A DNA stretch of 64,000 nucleotides from positions 12,998-76,997 of the forward strand of contig CAZZIO010000029.1 in NCBI GenBank assembly GCA_964654465.1, in the 5' to 3' direction. The notes under the pieces are model-generated. The model saw only the letters and a program-made list of their open reading frames with translations. It ran no database searches and was not told where the DNA came from. The position numbers and the translations under genes were made by a program. Of this stretch, positions 38,938 to 49,425 are shown piece by piece; within the stretch, counting starts at the first letter, position 1, and each line of letters starts with the position of its first letter. Source of the DNA: an uncultured Dictyoglomota bacterium (lineage in GTDB: Bacteria; Dictyoglomota; Dictyoglomia; Dictyoglomales; Dictyoglomaceae).

Positions 38938-40113
38938 ATGGTATGGAAATTTGATGAAATTTATTTAACTGATATAAATGGTGTAAAAGCAGCAGGTGTA
39001 TCCTGTGGCTTAAAAGAAGATAATAAATTGGATCTTGCTCTAATTGTGCTTGATAAACCAGTTTTTGCTGAAGCTATGTTTACTAAAAATACTGTTAAGG
39101 CTGCTCCTATTATTGTTTCTAAGAGGCATTTAGAAAAGTGTGGCATGATCCAAGCAATTGTTATAAATAGTGGGCAAGCAAATGCATGTACTGGAGAAAA
39201 AGGAATAAAGGATGCAGAGATGATGGCAGAAAGAGTTGCTCAAAATTTAGGTATTGATAAGGAATTAGTTTTTGTGGCATCTACAGGTAAAATAGGAGCA
39301 TATCTGGAAATGGATAAGATAGTTAGTGGAATTGATTTGGCATGTAAGGTTTTATCTAAGAATTCAGGAAGAGAAGTAGCCGAAGCAATTATGACTACTG
39401 ACACTTTTCCCAAAATGTCATCTGTTAAATATGGTGATGTAATAATATCTGGAATAGCAAAAGGAGCAGGTATGATTCATCCTGATATGGCAACCATGTT
39501 GGTTTTTATAGGCACAAATGCTAAATTGGGAAAAGATGCTATGAAGAAAGTTCTTAGAAGAGGTGTGGGTAAATCATTTCATCAGATAAGTGTAGATGGA
39601 TGTACCAGCACAAATGATACGGTTCTTTTTTTTGCTACTTCAGAAAAGGAAATTAAAGAGAATATTTTTCAAAAAGGATTTGACATGTTAACTGAAGATT
39701 TGGCAAAGATGATAGCAAAAGATGGAGAAGGGGCCACTAAATTGATTGAGGTTAGAATTGAAAAGGCGGAAAGTTTGAAAAAAGCAAGGGTTTTAGGAAG
39801 AGCTGTTATTACTTCTAATTTAGTAAAAGCTGCTTTTGCAGGTGGGGATGATAATTGGGGTAGAATATTAGCAAGTATTGGTCAAACAGGATACAACATC
39901 GATTTAGACAAGATAGAGCTTTATATTGGTGAATATTTAGTTTTTGCAAAAAATGAACCTTTAAGGTATAATTCTCAGGAAGTCAAAAATTATTTAAAAA
40001 ATAGGGAAGTTATGGTGCGTATAGTATTAAATGAAGGTAGATATAATGCAGTTTCATGGGGATCAGATTTGACGGAGGAATATGTAAAAATAAATGCATA
40101 TTATAGGACATGA
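38938..40113 (+). CDS. argJ: Glutamate N-acetyltransferase / ornithine acetyltransferase
   Basis: NSGQANACTG, STGKIG, MTTDT, KGAGMIHPDMATML, STND, DGEGATK. Confidence 0.96.
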   Translation: MVWKFDEIYLTDINGVKAAGVSCGLKEDNKLDLALIVLDKPVFAEAMFTKNTVKAAPIIVSKRHLEKCGMIQAIVINSGQANACTGEKGIKDAEMMAERVAQNLGIDKELVFVASTGKIGAYLEMDKIVSGIDLACKVLSKNSGREVAEAIMTTDTFPKMSSVKYGDVIISGIAKGAGMIHPDMATMLVFIGTNAKLGKDAMKKVLRRGVGKSFHQISVDGCTSTNDTVLFFATSEKEIKENIFQKGFDMLTEDLAKMIAKDGEGATKLIEVRIEKAESLKKARVLGRAVITSNLVKAAFAGGDDNWGRILASIGQTGYNIDLDKIELYIGEYLVFAKNEPLRYNSQEVKNYLKNREVMVRIVLNEGRYNAVSWGSDLTEEYVKINAYYRT

Positions 40114-40123
40114 GGTGGAAAAA

Positions 40124-41287
40124 ATGGAAGATAGATTTTTTCCTGTTTATAAAAGGTTTAAGCCCGTCTTTGTAAGGGGTGAAGGTGTTTGGCTTTTTGA
40201 TAGCAACGGAAATAAGTATCTGGATTTAAGTAGTGGTATTGGAGTTAATGCTTTAGGACATGCCCATCCTCATATAGTTGAAAAGGTCAAAAATCAGATA
40301 GAAAAATTAGCTCATGTATCAAATCTATTTTATAATTTACCGCAGTTTGAACTTTTAGAAAGACTTGCCTCCCTTACAAAAAGGGAGGCATTTTTTTTAT
40401 CTAATAGTGGTGCTGAGGCTGTTGAGGCAAGTATTAAATTGGCTCGTAAGTTTTTTCAGGGTAAAAAGTGGAAGATTATAAGTACGCAAAATTCTTTTCA
40501 TGGTAGAACATATGGTGCTTTATCCGCTACTGGACAAAAGAAATATCATGAGGGTTTTGAACCTTTAGTACCTGGATTTACTTATGTCCCTTTTAATAAT
40601 ATAGAGGTATTAGAGGAAACTATAGATGAAGAAACATGTGCTATTATATTGGAACCTATACAAGGTGAGGGCGGTGTTTATCCAGCTGACAAGGAATATC
40701 TTAAAAGGATAAGAGAGATAACTAAGGAAAAAGGAATTCTTCTTATCCTTGATGAGATTCAGACTGGAATTGGAAGGACAGGATATTTTCTAGCTGAGGA
40801 GTTTTATGAGATACAAGCGGATATAATTCTTCTTGCAAAAGCTTTAGGGGGAGGACTTCCATTAGGGGCTGTTTGTACCACTAAAGATATAGCAAGTGCT
40901 ATGACTTCTGGCAGTCATGGAACTACTATGGGAGGAAATTTAGTTGCTTGTTCTGCTGGAATTGCAGTACTGGATACTATTGGTAATGAGAAATTTTTAA
41001 GGGGGGTTAGGGAGAAGGGTTCCTATCTTCAAGGAAAACTTCTGGAGTTAAGAAATGAAACTCCATTGATAGTAGATATAAGAGGTAGGGGATTAATGTG
41101 GGGAATAGAGTTAAAGATTAAAGTAAGAGATATTTTAGAGGAATTAATTGAGAAAGGTGTGGTAGCCTTATCCGCAGGTGAAAATGTACTAAGACTACTG
41201 CCTCCTCTTATCATAGAAAAAGAAGAAATAGATTATGGCATTTCAAAAATAAGAGAAGTTTTATTAAAGAGGAGTGAAAACTTATGA
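40124..41287 (+). CDS. argD: Acetylornithine aminotransferase (start moved to ATG 40124)
   Basis: NSGAEAVE, FHGRT, EPIQGEGG, DEIQTG, AKALGGG. Confidence 0.93.
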   Translation: MEDRFFPVYKRFKPVFVRGEGVWLFDSNGNKYLDLSSGIGVNALGHAHPHIVEKVKNQIEKLAHVSNLFYNLPQFELLERLASLTKREAFFLSNSGAEAVEASIKLARKFFQGKKWKIISTQNSFHGRTYGALSATGQKKYHEGFEPLVPGFTYVPFNNIEVLEETIDEETCAIILEPIQGEGGVYPADKEYLKRIREITKEKGILLILDEIQTGIGRTGYFLAEEFYEIQADIILLAKALGGGLPLGAVCTTKDIASAMTSGSHGTTMGGNLVACSAGIAVLDTIGNEKFLRGVREKGSYLQGKLLELRNETPLIVDIRGRGLMWGIELKIKVRDILEELIEKGVVALSAGENVLRLLPPLIIEKEEIDYGISKIREVLLKRSENL

Positions 41288-42357
41288 GCAAAGAGGCGAT
41301 TCTTGTTTTAGAAACAGGCCATAGTTTTATTGGAGAAAGTTTTGGACATAAAGGAGAAACAATAGGTGAGATAGTTTTTAACACCAGCATGGTAGGATAT
41401 CCCCAAGTACTTACTGATCCATCATATGCCAATCAAATAATAGTCTTTTCCTATCCTTTAATAGGAAATTATGGGATAGATTCTGAAAGATTAGAAAGTA
41501 ATAAGATTCATTGTGTAGGTGTTGTTGCAAGAGAATTTAATGATTATAAATTTCATTGGAATAGTGATAAATCCTTAGAGGAATTTTTGATAGAAAATAG
41601 GATAATTGGTATCCACAAAATAGATACAAGGGCTATAGTTCGTGAAATAAGGAAATTTGGCACTATGAAAGCTATTATTTCCACCGAAGAGAAAGACCCC
41701 TTTGTGTTAGTTAAAAAGCTTGGAGTTTATGATTTTAATTATTTAGATCTTGTAAGAAGGGTTACTACTACAATTCCTTACGAAATAAATGAGGACGGGA
41801 ATAAGAAAATTGCCCTGATAGATTTTGGAGTAAAAAGAGGAATAATAAGAGAGCTTCTAAAGTATAATTTAAGAATAAAAGTTTTTCCAGCATGGGCATC
41901 CTTTGAAGATATTAAAAGCTATAATCCAGATGGAATAGTTCTTTCAAATGGCCCTGGAGATCCTTCCAATGTTCCATATGTACAAGAGACTATAAGGAGA
42001 ATATTAAAACTGGAAAGACCGATTCTTGGTATATGCCTTGGAATTCAACTTCTTTCATTAAGTGTGGGGGCTCGAACCTATAAATTAAAATTTGGACATA
42101 GAGGAGCTAATCATCCTGTTTATCATGTGGACTCTGGAAGGACTTTTATAACTTCTCAGAATCATAGTTATGCTGTTGATGATAGAACTCTACCACCAGG
42201 TTTTGAAGTAAATTACTATAATCTTAATGATAATACGGTGGAAGGAATAAAGCATGATTCCTATCCTTTAATAGCTGTACAGTTCCATCCTGAGGCATCT
42301 CCTGGTCCATGGGATACAAAATATATTTTTGATGATTTTTACAATCTAATTTCATAG
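41284..42357 (+). CDS. carA: Carbamoyl-phosphate synthase small subunit
   Basis: GEIVFNTSMVGY, SNGPGDP, GICLG, SQNH, QFHPEASPGP. Confidence 0.97.
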   Translation: MSKEAILVLETGHSFIGESFGHKGETIGEIVFNTSMVGYPQVLTDPSYANQIIVFSYPLIGNYGIDSERLESNKIHCVGVVAREFNDYKFHWNSDKSLEEFLIENRIIGIHKIDTRAIVREIRKFGTMKAIISTEEKDPFVLVKKLGVYDFNYLDLVRRVTTTIPYEINEDGNKKIALIDFGVKRGIIRELLKYNLRIKVFPAWASFEDIKSYNPDGIVLSNGPGDPSNVPYVQETIRRILKLERPILGICLGIQLLSLSVGARTYKLKFGHRGANHPVYHVDSGRTFITSQNHSYAVDDRTLPPGFEVNYYNLNDNTVEGIKHDSYPLIAVQFHPEASPGPWDTKYIFDDFYNLIS

Positions 42358-42371
42358 AGAGGTGAAAGAGA

Positions 42372-45300
42372 TTGTCTAAAAAGTATAAAAAAGTACTTGT
42401 GATTGGTTCAGGACCAATAGTTATTGGTCAAGCTGCAGAATTTGATTATTCAGGTACTCAAGCTTGTAGAGCTTTAAAAGAAGAAGGGATTGAAGTAGTA
42501 CTTATAAATTCTAATCCCGCAACAATCATGACAGATTGGGAAATGGCAGATAGGATCTATATAGAACCTATTACTGCTGAAGTGGTAGAAAGAATTATTG
42601 AAAAAGAAAGACCAGATGGTATAATTGCTACTCTTGGTGGACAAACAGGCTTGAATTTAGCAATGGAACTTGCATCTAAAGGGATTATTGAGAAATATGG
42701 AATTCCTCTTTTAGGGTGCTCGTTAGAATCTATAAGTATGGCAGAGGATAGAGAACTTTTTAGAAAGAGGATGGAAGAGATTGGTGAACCTGTTTTACCA
42801 AGTATTGTTGTAAGATCTATGGATGAAGGAAGAAAAACTTTAGAGCTTATTGGCCTTCCTTTAGTGATAAGGCCAGCTTATACCTTAGGAGGTACTGGTG
42901 GGGGAATAGTAGAAACAGAGGAAGAATTTGAAAAAGCGTTATTGAGAAGTTTAAAGTTGAGCCCTGTAAGTCAAGCCCTTCTTGAAAAAAGTGTGGTAGG
43001 TTGGAAAGAAATAGAATTTGAAGTAATGAGAGATAGAAAAGGAAATGTAATAACAGTATGTAGTATGGAAAATGTTGATCCTATGGGAATTCATACTGGT
43101 GATAGTATTGTTGTAGCACCTACTCAGACTCTTAATGATATAGAATATCAAATGCTTAGGAGTGCTTCTTTGAAAATTATAACAGCTTTGAAGATTGAAG
43201 GTGGATGCAATATTCAATTTGCTTTAAATCCATATAAAAGGGAATACTTTGTGATTGAGGTTAACCCAAGAGTAAGCAGATCATCAGCATTGGCTTCAAA
43301 AGCTACAGGTTTTCCAATAGCCAGAATTACAGCTAAGATTGCTATTGGAAAAACCTTGGATGAAATAAAAAATCCGGTAACTGGAGAGACTTACGCAGCT
43401 TTTGAACCTACATTAGATTATGTGGTAGTTAAGATTCCAAAATGGGGATTTGAAAAATTTAAAGTTAAGAATAGGAAACTTGGAACACAAATGCAAGCTA
43501 CTGGTGAGGTCATGGCTCTTGGTAGAACTTTTGAAGAGGCTTTACTTAAAGCTTTGAGGTCCTTAGAAGTTGAAGCGGGATTATTTGATAGAAGATTTTC
43601 TTATATGTCAGATGAAGAGATAAGAAATGGATTGAAAAATGCGGATGATAGAAGATTATTCCTTATAGCTGAAGGATTTATGAGAGGTTATTCCATAGAA
43701 GAAGTTTATGATCTAACTAAAATTGATAAATTTTTCTTAACAAAAATTTATAACCTTATAGAAATATCCAAAATATATAAAGATAAATCTCTTAATGAAA
43801 TTTCACCTGAAGAGTTAAAGAGTCTGAAAAAGATTGGATTTGGAGATTATGATTTGTCATGTTTCCTTAAGGCTACAAAAGAAGATATTTTCGCCTATAG
43901 AAGACTTCATAAAATCTTTCCAGTATATAAGATCGTAGATACCTGTGCTGCCGAATTTTCTGCTAATACTCCCTATTACTACTCCACATATGAAGATGAG
44001 AACGAAGCTCAGAAAAATCCACAAAGGTCAGTAGTGGTCATAGGTAGTGGACCTATAAGGATAGGACAGGGAATAGAATTTGACTATTGTACAGTCCATG
44101 CAGTTAAGGCAATAAAAGAAGAGGGACTTGTTTCTATAATGATTAACAATAATCCTGAGACGTTAAGTACAGATTTTGATATGTCTGATAGACTTTATTT
44201 TGAACCTCTTACAAGTGAAGATGTGACTAATATTATGGAACAGGAAGAACCTCTCGGATTTATCTCCCAATTTGGAGGACAGACAGCTATAAACTTATCT
44301 AAGAATCTGGAAAAAAGAGGGTTTTATCTACTTGGTACTTCTCAAAAGAGTATTGATTTGGCAGAAGATAGAGAAAAATTTGATAGATTTTTAAGGATGA
44401 ATAAAATACCACGACCTAAAGGATTTTATATAAGAAGCTTAGAAGAGGCAAAAGAGGTAATAAAAGAGATTGGTTTTCCTGTATTATTGAGGCCTTCATA
44501 TGTTTTGGGGGGTAGGGCAATGATAATTGTAAAAGATATGGAAACTTTGGAAAGTTATTTTAAAAGAAGGGATATAATTCTTCCCTTATGGATGGATCAG
44601 TTTATTGTTGGTAAGGAAGCAGAGGTTGACATACTCTGTGATGGCAAGGAGGTTTTTATTCCGGGAGTTATGGAGCATATTGAGAGGGCAGGAATTCATT
44701 CTGGAGATAGTACCGCTGTTTTTCCACCTTATTCTCTATCAAATGAAATCATAGATACTATAGTGGATTACTCTACTAAAATAGCTTTAGGACTTGAAGT
44801 TAAAGGACTTTTAAATATTCAATATGTGATCTCTGATAAGACAAACGAAGTATATGTTTTAGAAGCAAATCCAAGAGCATCAAGGACTGTACCCTATTTA
44901 AGTAAAGCATTAAAACTTCCTTTAGTTAAATATGCAACTAAAATTGCTTTAGGATACACCATAAGAGAGCTTGGCTTAAAACCTGGCCTTTATCCGAAAC
45001 CAAATTATTATGCTATTAAGGCTCCTGTATTTTCCTTTACCAAGATTAAGGGTGCTGAAGTAGAACTTGGCCCCGAAATGAGATCTACAGGTGAAGTTAT
45101 GGGAATAGATTATGAATGGGCTAAAGCTCTTTATAAGGCTCTTTATGCCAGTGGTATTAAAATTCCAATAAATGGAGGGAAAATATTTGTAACCTCTGTT
45201 TTCTCAGCCCCATGGGAAAAACTAATTTTAAAGGGTTATAAACTTTATTCTCTTGAAGATAAAGAAGGATTTATAAAAGTGAATTTCAAGGATGATGAAA

Positions 45301-45539
45301 TGTCTACCCTTGCATCTTACGAATTCGACCTTGTTATTGCTATAGACGATAAGGATAAAGGTTGGAGAAGAGCTTGTTATGATATTGGGTTGCCATGTAT
45401 TGTTACAGAGGATATGTTTAATGCAGTTATAAAAATGCTTGATGAATTTGGAGATTTGGATGTAGATTATAGAGCTGTTCAAGATTTTTATAAGGAGGAA
45501 GTATGGCTCTCTGGGGAAGCCGTTGGAGAAAATCATTAG
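42372..45539 (+). CDS. carB: Carbamoyl-phosphate synthase large subunit
   Basis: [17 protein letters not shown], two ATP-grasp halves, [17 protein letters not shown]; divergent C-terminal domain. Confidence 0.97.
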   Translation: MSKKYKKVLVIGSGPIVIGQAAEFDYSGTQACRALKEEGIEVVLINSNPATIMTDWEMADRIYIEPITAEVVERIIEKERPDGIIATLGGQTGLNLAMELASKGIIEKYGIPLLGCSLESISMAEDRELFRKRMEEIGEPVLPSIVVRSMDEGRKTLELIGLPLVIRPAYTLGGTGGGIVETEEEFEKALLRSLKLSPVSQALLEKSVVGWKEIEFEVMRDRKGNVITVCSMENVDPMGIHTGDSIVVAPTQTLNDIEYQMLRSASLKIITALKIEGGCNIQFALNPYKREYFVIEVNPRVSRSSALASKATGFPIARITAKIAIGKTLDEIKNPVTGETYAAFEPTLDYVVVKIPKWGFEKFKVKNRKLGTQMQATGEVMALGRTFEEALLKALRSLEVEAGLFDRRFSYMSDEEIRNGLKNADDRRLFLIAEGFMRGYSIEEVYDLTKIDKFFLTKIYNLIEISKIYKDKSLNEISPEELKSLKKIGFGDYDLSCFLKATKEDIFAYRRLHKIFPVYKIVDTCAAEFSANTPYYYSTYEDENEAQKNPQRSVVVIGSGPIRIGQGIEFDYCTVHAVKAIKEEGLVSIMINNNPETLSTDFDMSDRLYFEPLTSEDVTNIMEQEEPLGFISQFGGQTAINLSKNLEKRGFYLLGTSQKSIDLAEDREKFDRFLRMNKIPRPKGFYIRSLEEAKEVIKEIGFPVLLRPSYVLGGRAMIIVKDMETLESYFKRRDIILPLWMDQFIVGKEAEVDILCDGKEVFIPGVMEHIERAGIHSGDSTAVFPPYSLSNEIIDTIVDYSTKIALGLEVKGLLNIQYVISDKTNEVYVLEANPRASRTVPYLSKALKLPLVKYATKIALGYTIRELGLKPGLYPKPNYYAIKAPVFSFTKIKGAEVELGPEMRSTGEVMGIDYEWAKALYKALYASGIKIPINGGKIFVTSVFSAPWEKLILKGYKLYSLEDKEGFIKVNFKDDEMSTLASYEFDLVIAIDDKDKGWRRACYDIGLPCIVTEDMFNAVIKMLDEFGDLDVDYRAVQDFYKEEVWLSGEAVGENH

Positions 45540-46945
45540 ATAAAGCTGTGGAAGAATTTACTTATTCTTTGGATTTTGACAAAAGGCTATTTAAAGTTGA
45601 TTTAATTGGTACTTTAGCCCATGTATTAATGCTTAATAAAATTGGTCTAATAACAAATTGGGAGATAAAAGTTTTAGTAGAGGAAATTAAAAATCTTTAT
45701 GAATTGTTAAAAGATGATATTGATAATATAAAGGATAGTGAAGATATTCATACGTATGTAGAAGAAAATCTAACTCAAAAAATCGGTGATATAGCCAAGA
45801 AGATGCACTCTGGAAGGAGTAGAAATGATCAAGTTGCGTTAGATTTGAGGCTTTACTTAAGAGAAGAAGCATATGAACTTTCTCAGTTGATCTTGAAAAT
45901 TAGAGAAAATCTTTTATATATAGCGGAGAAATATATAGATTTTCCTATACCTGGTTATACTCATCTACAAGAAGCACAGCCAGTCTCTATAGGGCACTAT
46001 TTTTTGGCTTATGATTCAATGTTTGCAAGAGACTTAGAAAGATTGGGTGAACTTTATAAAAGATTGGATGTAATGCCTCTTGGTTCTGGAGCTTTAGCAG
46101 GAAGTAATCTACCACTTGATAGATATTATGTAGCAGAAATTTTAGGGTTCTCAGAAGTATCAGATAATAGTATGGATTCGGTGGCTGATAGGGATTTTGT
46201 AGCCGATTTTATATATTTTTCATCTCTTGTTTTTACTCACCTATCTAAGCTTTCTGAAGAGATTGTTATATGGTCTACACAAGAATTTTCTTTTATTAGA
46301 CTTCCAGAAGAATACTCCACAGGTAGTAGTATGATGCCTCACAAAAGAAATCCTGATGTAGCTGAACTTACCCGTGGAAAAACAGGGAAGGTTATAGGTA
46401 ACCTTGTGAATATTCTAACTATTTTGAAGGCTTTACCCTTAAGTTATAATAGAGATCTCCAGGAAGATAAACCTGCAGTTTTTTTAGTGATAGACGAATT
46501 AAAATTGGCATTAAAAGTATGGAGTAATTTTATACTGAATTTAGAATTTAATATGGATAGAATAGAAAAGATTTTAAGAAATGATTTTCTCTATGCAACT
46601 GATATAGCAGAATATTTAGTCTTAAAAGGGATGCCCTTTAGGGATGCTCATAAAACGGTGGGAGAAGTAGTAAAGTATTGTGAAGATAATTCGAAGAGTT
46701 TTAAGGAACTTAGTATAGATGAATGGAAAAATTTTTCTCCCCTTTTTGACGAAGAAATTTTTAAATTATTAAATCCAGAAGAAAGTATCAAATCTAAGAA
46801 AACATGGGGAAGTCCTAATCCATCATTAAATAGAGAGGTAATAAAAAAGAAAAGACAGTCTATAGAAGATCAAAAATTAAAATGGGAGCTTATAAAAGAT
46901 AAACTGCCAACTATAGACAAGATTATCGAAAGAATTATTTTGTAA
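45503..46945 (+). CDS. argH: Argininosuccinate lyase
   Basis: [36 protein letters not shown]. Confidence 0.97.
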   Translation: MALWGSRWRKSLDKAVEEFTYSLDFDKRLFKVDLIGTLAHVLMLNKIGLITNWEIKVLVEEIKNLYELLKDDIDNIKDSEDIHTYVEENLTQKIGDIAKKMHSGRSRNDQVALDLRLYLREEAYELSQLILKIRENLLYIAEKYIDFPIPGYTHLQEAQPVSIGHYFLAYDSMFARDLERLGELYKRLDVMPLGSGALAGSNLPLDRYYVAEILGFSEVSDNSMDSVADRDFVADFIYFSSLVFTHLSKLSEEIVIWSTQEFSFIRLPEEYSTGSSMMPHKRNPDVAELTRGKTGKVIGNLVNILTILKALPLSYNRDLQEDKPAVFLVIDELKLALKVWSNFILNLEFNMDRIEKILRNDFLYATDIAEYLVLKGMPFRDAHKTVGEVVKYCEDNSKSFKELSIDEWKNFSPLFDEEIFKLLNPEESIKSKKTWGSPNPSLNREVIKKKRQSIEDQKLKWELIKDKLPTIDKIIERIIL

Positions 46946-47927
46946 GATCCTTAATAGGTACAAGATCTTCATATTTATAAAGTATACTCATGGCTTCGTT
47001 CATAGCATCAATATTTGATTCAATGACTCCTGCTAATGGGTTTAAACCTCCTATAATTACTAAACCTGTAGATCCTTGAGTTACTGGAATACCAAATAGC
47101 TCTTGGTTAGGTTTTCCCAAATAGATTTTACCTTTTATTCCAAGGTCTCTTATTTCTTCTATAACTTTCTCAGTCTCATCCCTTGCTGTGTTTGGGAGTT
47201 CTCTAAATGTTGCGAGTACTTTACCTTCTCCATTTTTAACCACGGATAATATAGATGTCATTCTACTTTTAATAAATACTTCTAAAGGATCTAAAGTAGA
47301 ACCATTATAATTTATGGCTTCTAAAAATCTAACTGGCTCATGATTTTTAACTTCTAATACTCCACCAAATTTAGCATCTAAAGGAATGCCTCTTTTTAAT
47401 AAAATTCCATGTATTGTTACACTGCATACTGTACCAACAATTACCTTTTTTTCTGGAACAATTATACCAGGGGTAATTTCTTCTTCCTCTTTGTCAAAGA
47501 TGATTGTTTTGTCGCTTACTCCATATCCTTTTTTAAGGATCTCTTTTATTATTTGAAGGGATTTTTTGAGGTCTTTTTTATTGATTATAGATAAGTTTAA
47601 AATTACATTGCCTTTTCCACTTTTATCTAAGGTTACTTGATAAGCTAAATTTAGAATTTTACTAATAATAAATCCTAACTTATCTGCAACTAAAGCTTTT
47701 TTGATTTCTTCTCTACCTTTATCTGTTATGATTCTTCCTTTTTTACCATCTACTTTGGTTAAGCCCCTTTCGTCCATTATCTTTAGGTGATACCTAACTG
47801 CTCTTTCGGATAGTTCTATACCTTTTTCTACCAATTTTTTTGATATAGTGTTAGCTCCTACAGGTTCTGTATAGTTATTTAATATTTCAAGAATTGCAAC
47901 TAATTTTCTTTCTATATCTTTATTCAT
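46935..47927 (-). CDS. NrpR-family transcriptional regulator (winged HTH + one NRD/DUF128 domain)
   Basis: LSERAVRYHLKIMDERG, GNVILNLS, GTVCSVT, GSTLDPLEVF, GGLNP. Confidence 0.85.
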   Translation of the reverse strand: MNKDIERKLVAILEILNNYTEPVGANTISKKLVEKGIELSERAVRYHLKIMDERGLTKVDGKKGRIITDKGREEIKKALVADKLGFIISKILNLAYQVTLDKSGKGNVILNLSIINKKDLKKSLQIIKEILKKGYGVSDKTIIFDKEEEEITPGIIVPEKKVIVGTVCSVTIHGILLKRGIPLDAKFGGVLEVKNHEPVRFLEAINYNGSTLDPLEVFIKSRMTSILSVVKNGEGKVLATFRELPNTARDETEKVIEEIRDLGIKGKIYLGKPNQELFGIPVTQGSTGLVIIGGLNPLAGVIESNIDAMNEAMSILYKYEDLVPIKDLTK

Positions 47928-47936
47928 CTCTTATCT

Positions 47937-48197
47937 TTAATGGATATATGGTGAGGGAGGAAAGAGTAAATCCCAATCTTCATCTTGATTTAGCCAACCT
48001 TCTTGCATAAGAAACTTTTTTGTGGCTAAAGCAAGAAATTGAGCAAGTAGAAAATAATCATCATCTATATTCCCATCAAGCTCATCTTTCAATCTTTCAG
48101 AGAGTTCTAAACGATCTACATAACTCTCTAAGGCTGTATAGTAAAAAGTTATCAATTTTTCTTCCCAATCAAAGTTTTTTTTAGGATTCTTATTCAA
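47937..48197 (-). CDS. Small acidic hypothetical protein, 86 aa
   Basis: TTG start with SD GGGAGG; 9 bp upstream of nrpR. Confidence 0.65.
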   Translation of the reverse strand: MNKNPKKNFDWEEKLITFYYTALESYVDRLELSERLKDELDGNIDDDYFLLAQFLALATKKFLMQEGWLNQDEDWDLLFPPSPYIH

Positions 48198-48215
48198 TAT
48201 TAATCCTCCCTAAAA

Positions 48216-48395
48216 TTAGTCTTTTTTAAGATTTATCTGTACAGAGGGATCTTCTAATACCCATCTTAGTAAAACAATCATCTTTTGAGCTGTTTCTCTT
48301 CTTATATATTCAGGCCCAAAGTTATCTAATAATTTAGAGTGCTTGTAGTTACTTAGTTCTTGAATTAGCTGTTTTATTTCTTCTGGCTTTCTCAT
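48216..48395 (-). CDS. Small hypothetical protein, 59 aa, not in the ORF track
   Basis: MRKPEEIKQLIQELSNYKHSKLLDNFGPEYIRRETAQKMIVLLRWVLEDPSVQINLKKD*; SD AGGAGGT; promoter TTGCTT-N17-TAAACT with extended TG at 48443-48471. Confidence 0.75.
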   Translation of the reverse strand: MRKPEEIKQLIQELSNYKHSKLLDNFGPEYIRRETAQKMIVLLRWVLEDPSVQINLKKD

Positions 48396-48518
48396 AATCT
48401 TTTCAACCTCCTATACAATATTTCTTTTAGTATTTCTCGGATAGTTTAGCATAGATTAATGTATTAAGCAAGTTATGTTAGAATTTGAGTAGTAAAAAAA
48501 GAAAGGGGGAAAGATTTT

Positions 48519-49298
48519 ATGGAATTAGTATGGTCAACAAGTAATATTTGGAATTTATCCTTAGAAGAGGTTTTGTTATTAGGAAAAGATTTTTCAAAAT
48601 ATGTAATATTAGATATGGGAAAAATTAGAGGTTTTTTGAAAGAAAAGAGCATTGATAATTTGAAAAATTTGTTTCATGAATATGATTTAAAAACACTTAT
48701 GATTATTCATGATGAAAAGGTGGGAGAGAAATTTGATGAGGAAAAGATTAAAGAGATTTTAGTTTTGTCTCATCGTTTAAACATACCTTATTTTTTTATT
48801 AATTCAGATATAAAACCTGAAAATCTTAGTTTTATTGTTGCCATGGAAGTTTTTAAAAGGAATTTGGAAAGATTGAAGGAGATAGTTGATATTCCATTAG
48901 TGATTAAAAATAACTTTTATGGAATTGTAAACACATTTGGAAAAGCATATAAATTGGCAAGAAGCTTAGATAATGTTTTCTTGTATTTTGATATATTTCA
49001 TTATTATTTGTCTGGTGAAGAGCTTGATGTTTTTATGGATAAAGATCTATCTTTAATCAAGTTTGTTGTATTGAAAGATGCAGAGAATGTTCCGAGATAT
49101 TATTTAAGAGAGCATCAACAACTCTTTCCTGGAGATGGGGTTATCCCTATTACTCAGATTTTTAGTTATCTAAGGGAAGGGGGTTTTGATGGATATGTGG
49201 TACCAGAGATAAGAAGACCTGAATATGATAAAATGCAACCAAAAGATTTTGTGAATATTTTATTTGAAAAGTCTAAAAACATATTGAGTAATATTTAA
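48519..49298 (+). CDS. Xylose-isomerase-like TIM barrel (sugar phosphate isomerase/epimerase family), divergent
   Basis: YFDIFHYY, LFPGDGVIP, GFDGYVVPEI. Confidence 0.75.
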   Translation: MELVWSTSNIWNLSLEEVLLLGKDFSKYVILDMGKIRGFLKEKSIDNLKNLFHEYDLKTLMIIHDEKVGEKFDEEKIKEILVLSHRLNIPYFFINSDIKPENLSFIVAMEVFKRNLERLKEIVDIPLVIKNNFYGIVNTFGKAYKLARSLDNVFLYFDIFHYYLSGEELDVFMDKDLSLIKFVVLKDAENVPRYYLREHQQLFPGDGVIPITQIFSYLREGGFDGYVVPEIRRPEYDKMQPKDFVNILFEKSKNILSNI

Positions 49299-49331
49299 TT
49301 TTTATGTAAAAAATTTTCTCCATACAATCTA

Positions 49332-49412
49332 TTGACTAAATATCTTTTTCTATGTTATTATTTGTAATGTAGTATTTAACGATAATTTTTGTTTATGAAG
49401 AAAAATTTCTTC
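49332..49412 (+). promoter_or_regulatory. Promoter (TTGACT...TGnTATTAT) and palindromic operator GAAGAAA-aa-TTTCTTC (49397-49412) upstream of the RpiR gene
   Basis: 7-bp inverted repeat next to the SD; related copy TATGTAAAAAATTTTCTC at 49303-49320. Confidence 0.45.
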
Positions 49413-49425
49413 TGAGGTGTTAAAA

